Shown here piece after piece: positions 49,559 to 59,603 of a stretch of DNA of 64,000 nt. Under the pieces are notes generated by a model. That model was given only the letters and a program-made list of their open reading frames with translations. It did not search any database and was not told the DNA's origin. The position numbers and the translations under genes were made by a program. Source of the DNA: Candidatus Latescibacterota bacterium. GTDB taxonomy: Bacteria > Latescibacterota > UBA2968 > SICM01. Each line of letters begins with the position of its first letter. The first letter of the stretch is position 1. Location: the NCBI GenBank assembly GCA_965217865.1, contig CBDCJO010000001.1, positions 512,001 to 576,000 of the forward strand, written 5' to 3'.

Positions 49559-49816
49559 TTGAAGGTCGAAGTCCGCATGTTCGCTTACTTCGACAAATAC
49601 CTGCCCCCCCATGCCGATGGGCGAAAAGCCACGGTGGAACTCCCCGAATCCGCCAACGTGGAAACCCTCGTTTCGCATCTCGGAATCGCAGAGGATGAGA
49701 TGGAGGGGGATTACATGCCCTACGTCGTCATCATCAACGGCGAACACACGGCATGCGATGCCCCCCTGAATGACGGCGATCAAGTCAGCCTTTTCCCCCC
49801 CTTACCCGGGGGTTGA
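49559..49816 (+). CDS. MoaD/ThiS sulfur-carrier protein
   Basis: Beta-grasp pattern ending FPPLPGG; GGAGG RBS; TTGCGA-17-TACATT at 49447-49475. Confidence 0.85.
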   Translation: MKVEVRMFAYFDKYLPPHADGRKATVELPESANVETLVSHLGIAEDEMEGDYMPYVVIINGEHTACDAPLNDGDQVSLFPPLPGG

Positions 49817-49875
49817 ATCCCTTGACACCCGGCCTGCGATCCGATAAATTTTGAATTCCTCAATTCGCAGCTCGC

Positions 49876-50817
49876 ATGAACCTGTTGGAAAAGGAGCGCA
49901 CCATGCAAGACTCGATTTATCGACACGCAAAGGTGGGACTCGTTCATTTCATGGCCTATAAACAGACCATGGGCGGTGAGGGTCCTATCATAGAGACCCT
50001 CTCGGGATTGGCGACAGACCCTTATTTCGAAGTCGTCGAGATAACCACGATCGCGGACGAAGCCGTCCGCACGCAAGCGAGGGATCTGCTTGAATCAGCC
50101 CACGTTGAGGTTGCCTTCGGGGGGCAGCCGATCCTCCTGAGAAATAAGCTCAATCTCAACGACGAAGACGCCGTGGGCCGAAAAGCCGCTGTAGACGCGA
50201 TGATTGCCGCACTGGAGGAAGCTGAGTTTATCGGAGCACCCGGAATCGGACTTTTGAGCGGAGTCGATCCCGGGGAGTCCGGACGGGAAAAGGGTGTAGA
50301 CCTTCTGGTGGACTCCCTTGGACAGATCTGCGCGGATGCATCGGGCCGAAATATGCGGGTGGTGTTGGAGACGTTCGATCGCCTCCCTTACGGAAAGAAC
50401 TGCCTTGTCGGACCCAATTCGCTGGCCGTAGAGGTATCGGAGCGAGTCCGGGCGGACCATCCGAACTTCGGTTTGATGCTGGACCTGAGCCACCTCCCGC
50501 TGCAGGGGGAGACTCCGAGGGATGCCCTGCCCCTGGCCAAAGACCATCTCGTCCACGCGCACATCGGAAACTGCGTAATGCGGAACCCGGACCACCCTGC
50601 CTATGGAGACAATCATCCGAGGTTCGGTTGCCGGGACGGCGAAAACGACATCCCTGAACTCGTGGAATTCTTAAGAATCCTTAAGGACATCGGCTATCTG
50701 AATCCTGACGACAGGAAAATCCTGAGCTTCGAAGTGGCCCCCATGGATGGCGAAAGCTCAGAAGTCGTCATCGCCAACTCCAAACGGACCTTGAACGCGG
50801 CATGGGCCCGGGTGTAG
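49876..50817 (+). CDS. Sugar-phosphate isomerase/epimerase TIM-barrel protein
   Basis: LETFD, LDLSH, HAHIGN, GDNHP, SFEV; promoter TTGACA-17-TAAATT at 49822-49850; start may be the second ATG. Confidence 0.85.
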   Translation: MNLLEKERTMQDSIYRHAKVGLVHFMAYKQTMGGEGPIIETLSGLATDPYFEVVEITTIADEAVRTQARDLLESAHVEVAFGGQPILLRNKLNLNDEDAVGRKAAVDAMIAALEEAEFIGAPGIGLLSGVDPGESGREKGVDLLVDSLGQICADASGRNMRVVLETFDRLPYGKNCLVGPNSLAVEVSERVRADHPNFGLMLDLSHLPLQGETPRDALPLAKDHLVHAHIGNCVMRNPDHPAYGDNHPRFGCRDGENDIPELVEFLRILKDIGYLNPDDRKILSFEVAPMDGESSEVVIANSKRTLNAAWARV

Positions 50818-50978
50818 GACAGAATAAGACGGATTGAAAAGTTTGGGATAGGAGAAGGAGGAAAGTGAGGGGGAAGTAGGGAGGTCGGTGGAACTTGGCA
50901 TTAGTCGAATCCGGGCACCAGCCGTGCCCGGATTTTTATTTACCTTGAGGATATTCAGCTTCAACCTGGCGATCATGC

Positions 50979-52529
50979 CTAATCCGCATTCACGACGGCT
51001 TTCTCCGTTTGCGAATGTAAAAAGGCATTGTGATCGTAATCGAGGGCTCCTTTCGGGAGCCACTCCCAGAAAGGCCCCAAGTCCACCCGAATCTTATCCA
51101 GGAAAAACCGAGGGAGTTGGGTTGTTTCCTGTTCGAAAAAGTCTCGGAACGGCTTATCGACATCCAGCCGGCGACGGATTTCAGAATAATATTTGATCCG
51201 GCCGACACCCTGGTTGGATCTCGCTCGTAAAACGTTCATCCATCTCCAATTTGTGGGTTGCATTCCTTTGTATCGACGTACGATCGATCGCCACGAAAAA
51301 GTGTACTTGTTTATATCAATCATGTGTTCAAAGAACTGTGACCAGGTATAGTTCTTGGGCTTGACGTTCATCGCCTCCTGCGTGTTCAGAAAATGAAACG
51401 GAAAGGGGAGAACCCGATTTTCCCGTTGATATTCGAGGTTAAGCGGGGCGGACTCCCCGAAAGCGGAAAGTAAACAAAAGGCAGGATAGGCCCCGGGTGC
51501 AAGGTCTACGAATAGCTTGGTTGCTTCAAACGGTTCCGGTCCGTCGTCGACATCCAGCCCGTGGACAAAGTTCGCTTGAAGATACGGGATGTAGCTCATC
51601 ACCATATTGATATGATCCGAGACCAGACGTACTTTTTCCATCCCGACCCTTTTTCCGGTCTTCGATTTATTCCCCATGTCAAACCAGGACTCGATCCCCG
51701 GCATCATGACTTTGAAGCCGATTTTCTTGAGCCGCTTCAAACGGGCCTCTGAAAGCAGGGAGAGGCTGCTTTCCCCGTAATAATCGATGCTGCCCGGAGG
51801 AACGGCTTCCTCGATCGCGTCGATGCATTCATCGAACCGGACGCCGAAGTTTGGATCGTGCCAGCTAACGCGTGGGTGTTCGAACTTTGTCAAAAGAAAG
51901 CGCAGATCCTCTTTGATCACGTCGAATTCGAGCTGCTGGTAGGGAATGACCGAATCCGTACAGAAGCTGCAGGTATAGGGACAACCCAAGCTGCCGATCA
52001 TCGGGACCATCTTAAGCATGGGCGCTTTTTTCAAAGTCGGTTCGATAAAATTCCAGCGCTCTTTTACGCCCGGAAGCTCGAGGGGCTGCTTCTCCGCAGA
52101 TACTTGGAGCCCGAACGGCCGGTGTGGAGAACAATCCTCCAGGACATCCCGGATAACGGTTTTATCGGTGAATCCGAAGACATAGTCGAAATATTTTGAG
52201 GCATCACCCGGAAAACCCCGGGCGTGGGGGCCGCCGATTGCCGTAACCGCACCTCGCGATTGGAACAGATTGCTCAGGGCATAGGCCAGCTGCGCCGTAT
52301 GGGAATACGCGCCGATAAAGACAAGATCGACGTCGTCAGGAATTTCATTGATCAGGTCCTCAAACCCCGTAAAACACACAAACCTGACATCGTGGCCATC
52401 TTGTTCGCACCACGCGCCGATTACCTGGGGCATGATGCTCGTGAGGTTTGGATGCATGACCCGAGCCCACAATGTGGTGGCGGGGGCTTTCGTAACCAGG
52501 TCGATAATTCCGACACGCAGCTTTTTCAT
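50979..52529 (-). CDS. B12-binding radical SAM protein
   Basis: IGGPH in the cobalamin domain; GCPYTCSFC. Confidence 0.88.
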   Translation of the reverse strand: MKKLRVGIIDLVTKAPATTLWARVMHPNLTSIMPQVIGAWCEQDGHDVRFVCFTGFEDLINEIPDDVDLVFIGAYSHTAQLAYALSNLFQSRGAVTAIGGPHARGFPGDASKYFDYVFGFTDKTVIRDVLEDCSPHRPFGLQVSAEKQPLELPGVKERWNFIEPTLKKAPMLKMVPMIGSLGCPYTCSFCTDSVIPYQQLEFDVIKEDLRFLLTKFEHPRVSWHDPNFGVRFDECIDAIEEAVPPGSIDYYGESSLSLLSEARLKRLKKIGFKVMMPGIESWFDMGNKSKTGKRVGMEKVRLVSDHINMVMSYIPYLQANFVHGLDVDDGPEPFEATKLFVDLAPGAYPAFCLLSAFGESAPLNLEYQRENRVLPFPFHFLNTQEAMNVKPKNYTWSQFFEHMIDINKYTFSWRSIVRRYKGMQPTNWRWMNVLRARSNQGVGRIKYYSEIRRRLDVDKPFRDFFEQETTQLPRFFLDKIRVDLGPFWEWLPKGALDYDHNAFLHSQTEKAVVNAD

Positions 52530-52733
52530 TCTACCTCACACGATAAAGTGTTAGCTTACACCCCCGTCTCGATCTGGAAAGACCGTTTACTGAGGTCGAT
52601 CTCCTCAGAACAGATGTTGCAGGATTATTTAATCAGGATCGGGCCTCTTTGGCGGAAGTTTCTGGCAGGGAATATGGCTTCCGACAACGGAGAGTTCTCT
52701 GAATGCTGAGCATAGGATATGCAAACAGCAGAG

Positions 52734-52764
52734 AAAAACTCCGGGGGGGACAATCCACCGGAGT
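52734..52764 (-). terminator. Intrinsic terminator
   Basis: ACUCCGG...CCGGAGU followed by UUUU. Confidence 0.75.
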
Positions 52765-52786
52765 CACGCGAGGGGTGTGCTATGCG

Positions 52787-52905
52787 GCGGGAAGGTGAGA
52801 TCTAAATACGTTGCGTTATCCTGTGGTGCTTGAGGGTTAACGCCAACCAATGGGAGCGCCCCCACGACAAACGCGCTTGAATAGCCTAACACCACTCCCT
52901 CCCGC
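52787..52905 (-). ncRNA. Candidate structured RNA (long irregular hairpin, possibly 6S-like)
   Basis: Hand-folded nested stems GCGGGAGGG/CCUUCCCGC, GCGUU/AACGC, GUGG/CCAC, GGUUG/UAACC; G-U pairs favour the minus strand. Confidence 0.45.
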
Positions 52906-53000
52906 GAACGAACGCTTTGATTAATCCAGTAAGGTCTGATCAGAAAAGTCGCATCTCAGGTTAGACCACGCAAACCTTTACCGTTTTTCTCTCTCGAGAA

Positions 53001-53201
53001 TTACTTCTGAAATCGCTGAGATTTCTGCCGCCTGCGTGTAGAGCGCTGTTGTTTCATCTTGCGGACTTCGGCCTGAGTCATGAAATAGCGTTTGCGCTTC
53101 ATCTCCGTGAGAAGGCCGGACCTTTTTACCTTCGTACTGAACCTTCTCAGAACCTTCTCGATGGGTTCTTCGCTTCGCATTTTGATTCCAATATGTCCCA
53201 C
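53001..53201 (-). CDS. rpsU: 30S ribosomal protein S21
   Basis: EPIEKVLRRF...SGLLTEMKRKRYF; GAGGAGG RBS. Confidence 0.85.
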   Translation of the reverse strand: MGHIGIKMRSEEPIEKVLRRFSTKVKRSGLLTEMKRKRYFMTQAEVRKMKQQRSTRRRQKSQRFQK

Positions 53202-53223
53202 AATCCCCTCCTCGCCATTAGGA

Positions 53224-54978
53224 TTACTCTGTAATGATATCTTTGAACGTCTTCCCCGACGGAATCATGGGCAGGACGTGTTCCTGATGGGGAACGATCA
53301 CATCCAAAACATAGGCCGTCTTGGACGAGAGCATCTCCCCTATCCCGTCGGCAAGTTCCTCTTTTTTGACCATCCTGCGGGCCGGGATGCGAAATCCCTC
53401 ACAGATCGAAACCAGATCGGGATAGATGCCCTCCCTCGACGGATCACCGATGAAGGTGTGGCCCCTGTTGCTCGCGTAAAACCGGTCCTCCCACTGTACG
53501 ACCATTCCGAGGTGCTGGTTGTTGATGACACACACCTTCACGGGGATGTCGTCCGCGTAGGCCGAGGCCAGTTCCTGTACGTTCATGATGAAACTTCCGT
53601 CGCCGTCGATGTCGATCACCTCGCGATCCGGACACGCCAATTTCGCCCCGATGGCCGACGGAAGTCCAAAGCCCATCGCCCCGAGTCCGCCTGAGGTGAT
53701 CCACCGTCTGGGGTCTACAAACTTGTAGTACTGCGCAGCCCACATCTGATGCTGCCCGACGCCCGTGGTAATAATCGCCTCCCCGTCCGTCATCTCGTAG
53801 AGCAACTGAATCGCATACTGAGGCATGATCGCTCCGTCGATCTCCTTGTAACTGAAAGGATACCGCTCCCGCTGTTCATCAAGCTCCGCGTGCCAGGCGC
53901 TGTAATCTCCACCCTCAACAATCTGGTTGAGGATTTCGAGCGCGGGCTTCAGGTCCCCCAGTATCGGGATGTGAGCGGGTTTATTCTTGTTCAGTTCCGA
54001 GGCATCGATATCGATATGCACGATCTTCGCATTTTTCGCGAATTCGGACAGCAACCCCGTTACGCGGTCATCAAACCTCACCCCCAAGGCTAGGAGAAGA
54101 TCTGCACGGTCGAGCGCATAATTGGCGTAGACCGAACCGTGCATTCCGACCATCTGCAGGGAGAGGGGATGGGTCTCGGGAAAAACACCCAGACCCATCA
54201 GGGTGGTCGTAATCGGAATGTTCGTCTTCGTGGCGAGTTCGGTTATCTCGCGATGCGCGTCCGAGGCGACGACTCCCCCGCCGGCGTAGATGACCGGTTT
54301 TTTCGCCTCTTTGATGGCCTCCGCGACCATCTCGATCTGCTCGCGGTTCGCCCTCACGTGCGGATTGTACCCGCGGAAGCTTATCTCGTCCGGGTAGTCC
54401 GGTACGATTTCACTCTGCTGAATGTCCTTCGGGATATCCACAAGCACCGGCCCGGGACGACCTGTGCGTGCGATGTAGAACGCCTCTTTCACGACGCGTG
54501 GGATATCCTCCACTTTATCGACCAGGTAGTTGTGTTTTGTGATCTGCCGGGTGATCTCGACCGTCGGGGTTTCCTGGAAAGCGTCCTTCCCGATCACCTT
54601 TGTACCCACCTGACCCGTGATGCACACGATCGGGACGGAATCCATCTTCGCATCCGCGATCCCCGTCACCAGATTGGTCGCACCGGGGCCGGATGTGGCG
54701 ACACACACGCCGACCTTTCCGGATGCCTTGGCATAACCCTCAGCGGAAAACACCTCCCCCTGCTCGTGTCGGGCAAGGATGACCCGGATATTCGAACGGG
54801 TTAGGGCTTGGTGGATCTCCATGCTGGCCCCGCCCGGGTATCCGAAAATGACCTCGACCCCTTCCCGGACCAGCGCTCCGACCAGGATATCGGCCCCGCG
54901 TTGCTTCTTCTGGGATTTTGGTTGTCCTTCACTCAGAAGGCCAGGGTCAGGTTGTCGGGCCGTTTTCGCCGTGGGCAT
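53224..54978 (-). CDS. ilvB: Acetolactate synthase large subunit
   Basis: [44 protein letters not shown]; promoter TTGACT-17-TAATAT at 55030-55058. Confidence 0.96.
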   Translation of the reverse strand: MPTAKTARQPDPGLLSEGQPKSQKKQRGADILVGALVREGVEVIFGYPGGASMEIHQALTRSNIRVILARHEQGEVFSAEGYAKASGKVGVCVATSGPGATNLVTGIADAKMDSVPIVCITGQVGTKVIGKDAFQETPTVEITRQITKHNYLVDKVEDIPRVVKEAFYIARTGRPGPVLVDIPKDIQQSEIVPDYPDEISFRGYNPHVRANREQIEMVAEAIKEAKKPVIYAGGGVVASDAHREITELATKTNIPITTTLMGLGVFPETHPLSLQMVGMHGSVYANYALDRADLLLALGVRFDDRVTGLLSEFAKNAKIVHIDIDASELNKNKPAHIPILGDLKPALEILNQIVEGGDYSAWHAELDEQRERYPFSYKEIDGAIMPQYAIQLLYEMTDGEAIITTGVGQHQMWAAQYYKFVDPRRWITSGGLGAMGFGLPSAIGAKLACPDREVIDIDGDGSFIMNVQELASAYADDIPVKVCVINNQHLGMVVQWEDRFYASNRGHTFIGDPSREGIYPDLVSICEGFRIPARRMVKKEELADGIGEMLSSKTAYVLDVIVPHQEHVLPMIPSGKTFKDIITE

Positions 54979-55253
54979 CCTTCATCGTCTCCTTGTGGTA
55001 AAAAGAAGGATTTTTTTAAGCATCTATTAATATTACGGTTTTATCCACTTGAAGTCAACGACTATTTCGAACAAAAACGGGCCCCCGGTTCAGGCCTTCT
55101 CCCCCGCGGAAAAAGGAATTCAATGCCCTTCATCATCTTGACATTCCCATACAAATCGCTTATTATTAAGCGGTTCCGCTTATACCTAAAACCCCGCCTT
55201 TCCTCTTCGCCCAGGCATGATCTCTTTCCCTGCTCCCCTCTCTGATTACACGC

Positions 55254-57437
55254 GTGAATACTGAAGACCGCATCATGAATTCTGAAGACCACACGGAAAG
55301 GCTCCAAGGCGTCATAGAGCGGATCACCTACCGGGTCGAGGACACGGGCTACACCGTTGCCCGATTCCGCCCGAAAGGAAAAGGGGGGGGTATCGTCACA
55401 ATCGTAGGTAACCTGGCCTCGGTAAACCCCGGCGAGAGCCTGATCCTGGATGGGGAGTGGTCCAAACACGCCCAGTACGGTCGGCAGTTCAAAGTCGTCA
55501 CCAGTCGGACAGTCTATCCCACGACGCTGGAAGGGATCCGAAAGTACCTGGGGTCCGGCCTGATCAAAGGTGTGGGACCGGTCACCGCGGGCAGAATCGT
55601 CGATTACTTCGGAGAAGAAACCCTGGAAATCATCGAGAAGACACCTTCGCGGCTGACCAAGGTGGAAGGGCTTGGTCGCAAACGCGTCGAGATAATCCAG
55701 AGGGCATGGGAAGCCCAGCGGGAAATCAAAGAAGTCATGCTTTTCCTCCAGTCCCACGAGGTGAGCACGGGCCACGCGACGAAGATCTGGAAACACTACG
55801 GCAATTCCGCCATCTCCCTGGTGCGGGAGAACCCCTACCGCCTCGCAGACGATATATGGGGCTTCGGGTTCCTGACGGCGGACCGTATCGCACAGAAACT
55901 AGGCGTGGAGGCGCGCTCCGAGAAACGGATCCGGGCTGGGATTCGGTACGTGTTGGGCATGGCTGCGGATAACGATGGGCACGTCTTTCTCCCCCTTGTG
56001 GAACTCACACGCAGGTGTTCCGAGGACCTCGATGTGGATGCCGACCTGGTTTCCCCCTGCCTTGAGACCCTCGAAGCCGAGGACGGGGTGATCGTCGAAG
56101 AGGATCGCATCTACATCCCCCCTCTTCGCCACGCGGAGCAGGGGGTGGCCACGCGCGTCCATCAGCTCACATCCATCGCCAGGATCGAGACCGGTGATCT
56201 GAATGCCGAGATCGCAGCGGTTGAACGGAAGACCTCCATATCTTTCGCCGCGGGTCAGAAGGATGCTCTGAAGAAGTCCCTTTCCCACGGACTGCTGGTC
56301 ATCACCGGTGGTCCTGGCACGGGCAAGACCACGACGATCATCGGAATACTCTCCCTTTTCGAGCGAAGGAACAAACGGACCGCACTGGCCGCACCCACGG
56401 GTCGCGCCGCCCGGCGAATGACCGAAGCCACAGGCCGCGAAGCGAGAACGATCCATCGGCTTCTGAAATTCAACCCCCAGAGGATGTCTTTCGAACACGA
56501 CGCCCACCATCCGCTCGAGGTAGACGCCCTGATCGTCGACGAGGTGTCGATGATCGATGTCGTACTTCTGAACAGCCTCCTTCGCGCGGTACCGCTGACA
56601 GCGACCGTCGTCCTAGTGGGAGATGTGGACCAGCTCCCTTCTGTCGGTCCGGGAAACTGTCTCCGGGACCTGATCGGATCAGAGAGCGTCCCGGTCGTCG
56701 TCCTGAACGAGATCTTCAGGCAGGCTCAACAGAGCCGGATCGTCACGAATGCGCATAGGATCAACATCGGGGAGCTCCCTGAGATGCAACCCCAGAAAGA
56801 CGCCGATTTCTTCTTCATCGAAGAGGAGGATCCCGCTCGCATCGCCGAGACGATCAAGGGCCTTTGCACGGTCCGCCTTCCCAAGACATACGGTCTGGAT
56901 CCGATCCAGGATATCCAGGTACTCTCCCCGATGTACCGCGGGGAAACCGGGGCCACACATCTTAACGCCCTTCTCCAGGGATCCCTCAATCCCTTCGGTC
57001 CTTCCGTTCAGCGAGGGGATACCGCATTCCGGGTCGGGGACAAAGTGATGCAGGTCCGTAACGACTACACCCAGGATGTGTTCAACGGAGATCTCGGCGT
57101 GGTCTCAAAAATCGACCTCGAAGAAGGGTCACTCGAGGCCGCGTTTCCGCACCGCATCGAATACGACGTGTCGGACCTGGATAAGCTGGTGCTTGCGTAT
57201 GCCATCAGCTGTCACAAAAGCCAGGGGTCCGAATACAAGGCGGTGGTGATGCCCATAACAACACAGCACTATACCATGCTACAACGCAACCTCCTGTACA
57301 CCGCCGTTACCCGCGCCCGGATGCTCGTGGTCCTGGTCGGCACACGGAAGGCCCTGGCCATCGCGGTCAAAAACAACAGCGTCGACGCACGCTACACATC
57401 ATTGGTCGAAAAAATCCGGGAGAGGAACCCCGAATAG
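55254..57437 (+). CDS. recD2: RecD2-like ATP-dependent helicase
   Basis: YLGSGLIKGVG, NPYRL, GGPGTGKT, DEVSM, GDVDQLPSVGPG, HKSQGSE, YTAVTR; promoter TTGACA-17-TATTAT at 55138-55166. Confidence 0.95.
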   Translation: MNTEDRIMNSEDHTERLQGVIERITYRVEDTGYTVARFRPKGKGGGIVTIVGNLASVNPGESLILDGEWSKHAQYGRQFKVVTSRTVYPTTLEGIRKYLGSGLIKGVGPVTAGRIVDYFGEETLEIIEKTPSRLTKVEGLGRKRVEIIQRAWEAQREIKEVMLFLQSHEVSTGHATKIWKHYGNSAISLVRENPYRLADDIWGFGFLTADRIAQKLGVEARSEKRIRAGIRYVLGMAADNDGHVFLPLVELTRRCSEDLDVDADLVSPCLETLEAEDGVIVEEDRIYIPPLRHAEQGVATRVHQLTSIARIETGDLNAEIAAVERKTSISFAAGQKDALKKSLSHGLLVITGGPGTGKTTTIIGILSLFERRNKRTALAAPTGRAARRMTEATGREARTIHRLLKFNPQRMSFEHDAHHPLEVDALIVDEVSMIDVVLLNSLLRAVPLTATVVLVGDVDQLPSVGPGNCLRDLIGSESVPVVVLNEIFRQAQQSRIVTNAHRINIGELPEMQPQKDADFFFIEEEDPARIAETIKGLCTVRLPKTYGLDPIQDIQVLSPMYRGETGATHLNALLQGSLNPFGPSVQRGDTAFRVGDKVMQVRNDYTQDVFNGDLGVVSKIDLEEGSLEAAFPHRIEYDVSDLDKLVLAYAISCHKSQGSEYKAVVMPITTQHYTMLQRNLLYTAVTRARMLVVLVGTRKALAIAVKNNSVDARYTSLVEKIRERNPE

Positions 57438-57565
57438 GTGAACGTTCCCCCTTGCTTCCCTGCAGGTAGATGGAAAACGAAATTCCTCTCCGATGACACC
57501 ATCCCCGAATAAAAAAGGGCGGCCTATGGCCGCCCTTGAACGTGTTGATCGCCGGGGTGATCCGG

Positions 57566-59422
57566 CTATGGGGCTCTCTGCGGAAGGACACCATCATCCG
57601 GGACATAGGAATCGAGGATCCCCTGGATTTCCCCCTGGAATTTTTCCAGGGACCCCTGGACTTGATGGCGGAACTCCTCCCGGACCGTATGATAATATTC
57701 CTGCGCGGCCATCCGGAGGACCTCTGCGTTGTGATGCAGCGTCCTCCTGCGATCGTCCTGAAAATCCTCGAACCGGGCGTGTATGGCCTGCATGAAACGG
57801 CTGGCGTACGCCCCCACGTTTCGTTGAAAGGCCTCGCGGGTGCCCTCGCGAAAACGCTCCAGGTGCTCCAGCGCCTCGGAGAAAAACGACTTCATCTCGT
57901 CCACGTGAAGCGCCTGTTGGGTGGTCAGGATCAGATGATGGCCCTGAACGGCGAGGCGTATCGCATCCGGAAAACTCTTCGGATGACTCCGAAGGGTCCG
58001 GAACATGAACTTCCAGTACTCCAATCGGTAATGTCCGGCGAGGCCCTGCCGCCAGAGCGACCTGAACAAGGCCTTGATCTCCGTCCCGGTGATCGGCATC
58101 TTGCTGATCGGGAACCGCGTCCGATTATCGAAAAAGGTCGAACAGCGTTCAAAAAAGATTTTGGGACTGTTCAGGGTCTCGACAGCGGTTCGGTGTCGAT
58201 CCAGAAGCTCTTTTGGATCCATAACCGGCACATAGCTCAACTCCCGGTTGAAAATCCCGGAATCGCCCGTATATTTGGCCCCCTGGACCAGACGCCCAGC
58301 ACGGCCGAAACGCTTATAATCCGGCGTGTCGCGCAGGACGCCCAGGATCCCCACCATAGCAACCGGAATCCCGGCCTCCCGAATAAACGCGATCGTTCGA
58401 TCGGCGATGTCGTCCGGGTCCGTATCGAGTCCCATGATGAACCCGGCCTGGACTTCAAACCCCGTCCGTTGCAAAATCCGGACCTTGTCCAGGAGCGGAG
58501 CCCCCCCCTGCAGGTTCTTCTGCGCCCCCATAAACTTCAAACTCTCCTCCACCGGGGATTCGATGCCGGCGAACACCTTGTCGAACCCCGCCTGGTACAT
58601 CGCCTCCAGGAGATCGGGATCATCGCTCAACCGGATGCTGGCCTGCGTGTGAAACTGAAACGGGTAGTCCCGCTCCCTCTGCCAGGGAATGACCTCCTCC
58701 TCCATTGCCGCGCGAATCTTATCCCGGTTTCCGACAAAGTTGTCGTCCACGGCCATGACCGCCCCGCGCCAACCCTCGTGGTAGAGGGCATCCAGCTCCT
58801 CAATGATCCTGCTCTTTCCCTTGACCCGGGTATCCTTCCCGTATAGGGATGGAATATTGCAAAATGTGCAACTTTCCGGACAGCCCCGGGTCATCTGGAT
58901 GACCATGTTGCTGTAGTCGTGCAGGTCGATCAGATCCCATCGGGGTAAAGGCGTCAGGGCTAGATCTCGAAACTTTCCCCTTCGATCAATAGTTTCCCGC
59001 TCCGTCGAACCCGGATCGGAAATCATCCGCTCCACGACATCCAGGAACCCGTTCTCCGCCTCACCCAGATAGAATACCCCGTTGCCCTCAATCTCATCGT
59101 AATACTGGGTGGGCAGGGGTCCCCCGTTAAGTACAGGCACGCCGTAAGCGTTGCATCTCGCCATGATCTCTTCGAGGGATTGCCAGTGAATGATCATCGA
59201 CGAAGTGATCACGATATCTGCCCATTCGAGATCCTCGTCCCGAAGCGGGGTCACATTGATATCCACCAATCGGAGCGTGTAGCTTTCAGGGGGCATCATG
59301 CCCGCGATCGTCAGCAAACCCAGAGGCGGAAAGGCAGACTTCTTACTGACCATTTTAAGGGCTTCGTCGAAACTCCAGAATGTAATTGGGTTTTTCGGAC
59401 AGGTCAGCAGGGCATTTGGCAT
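57566..59422 (-). CDS. B12-binding radical SAM protein (HpnP/DUF4070-like)
   Basis: TFWSF, PPLGLLT, GGP, GEAE, RGCPESCTFC, VDDNF; promoter TTGACT-17-TATGCT at 59555-59583. Confidence 0.9.
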   Translation of the reverse strand: MPNALLTCPKNPITFWSFDEALKMVSKKSAFPPLGLLTIAGMMPPESYTLRLVDINVTPLRDEDLEWADIVITSSMIIHWQSLEEIMARCNAYGVPVLNGGPLPTQYYDEIEGNGVFYLGEAENGFLDVVERMISDPGSTERETIDRRGKFRDLALTPLPRWDLIDLHDYSNMVIQMTRGCPESCTFCNIPSLYGKDTRVKGKSRIIEELDALYHEGWRGAVMAVDDNFVGNRDKIRAAMEEEVIPWQRERDYPFQFHTQASIRLSDDPDLLEAMYQAGFDKVFAGIESPVEESLKFMGAQKNLQGGAPLLDKVRILQRTGFEVQAGFIMGLDTDPDDIADRTIAFIREAGIPVAMVGILGVLRDTPDYKRFGRAGRLVQGAKYTGDSGIFNRELSYVPVMDPKELLDRHRTAVETLNSPKIFFERCSTFFDNRTRFPISKMPITGTEIKALFRSLWRQGLAGHYRLEYWKFMFRTLRSHPKSFPDAIRLAVQGHHLILTTQQALHVDEMKSFFSEALEHLERFREGTREAFQRNVGAYASRFMQAIHARFEDFQDDRRRTLHHNAEVLRMAAQEYYHTVREEFRHQVQGSLEKFQGEIQGILDSYVPDDGVLPQRAP

Positions 59423-59603
59423 GTCATTCTCCCGTTACCGGCTTGAACTTCGACATTCCGGAGGCCTTCTGAAACGCCGGAATGAAAAGGAGAAAGGCGC
59501 GTTGGGAAAGAGGATGGAAAGATGGTTCACACAGACGCGTGCAAATGTAGCATAAGCATAACCAGAACGGGAACTTGAGTCAAGGAAATTTCGAAAAGGT
59601 TCA

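Noticed and set aside
55256-55292. 21-bp-spaced duplication at the recD2 start
   Set aside because: Only two imperfect copies; it just makes the start ambiguous
57536-58846. 436-aa plus-strand ORF
   Set aside because: Antisense shadow of the radical SAM gene with no recognisable motifs
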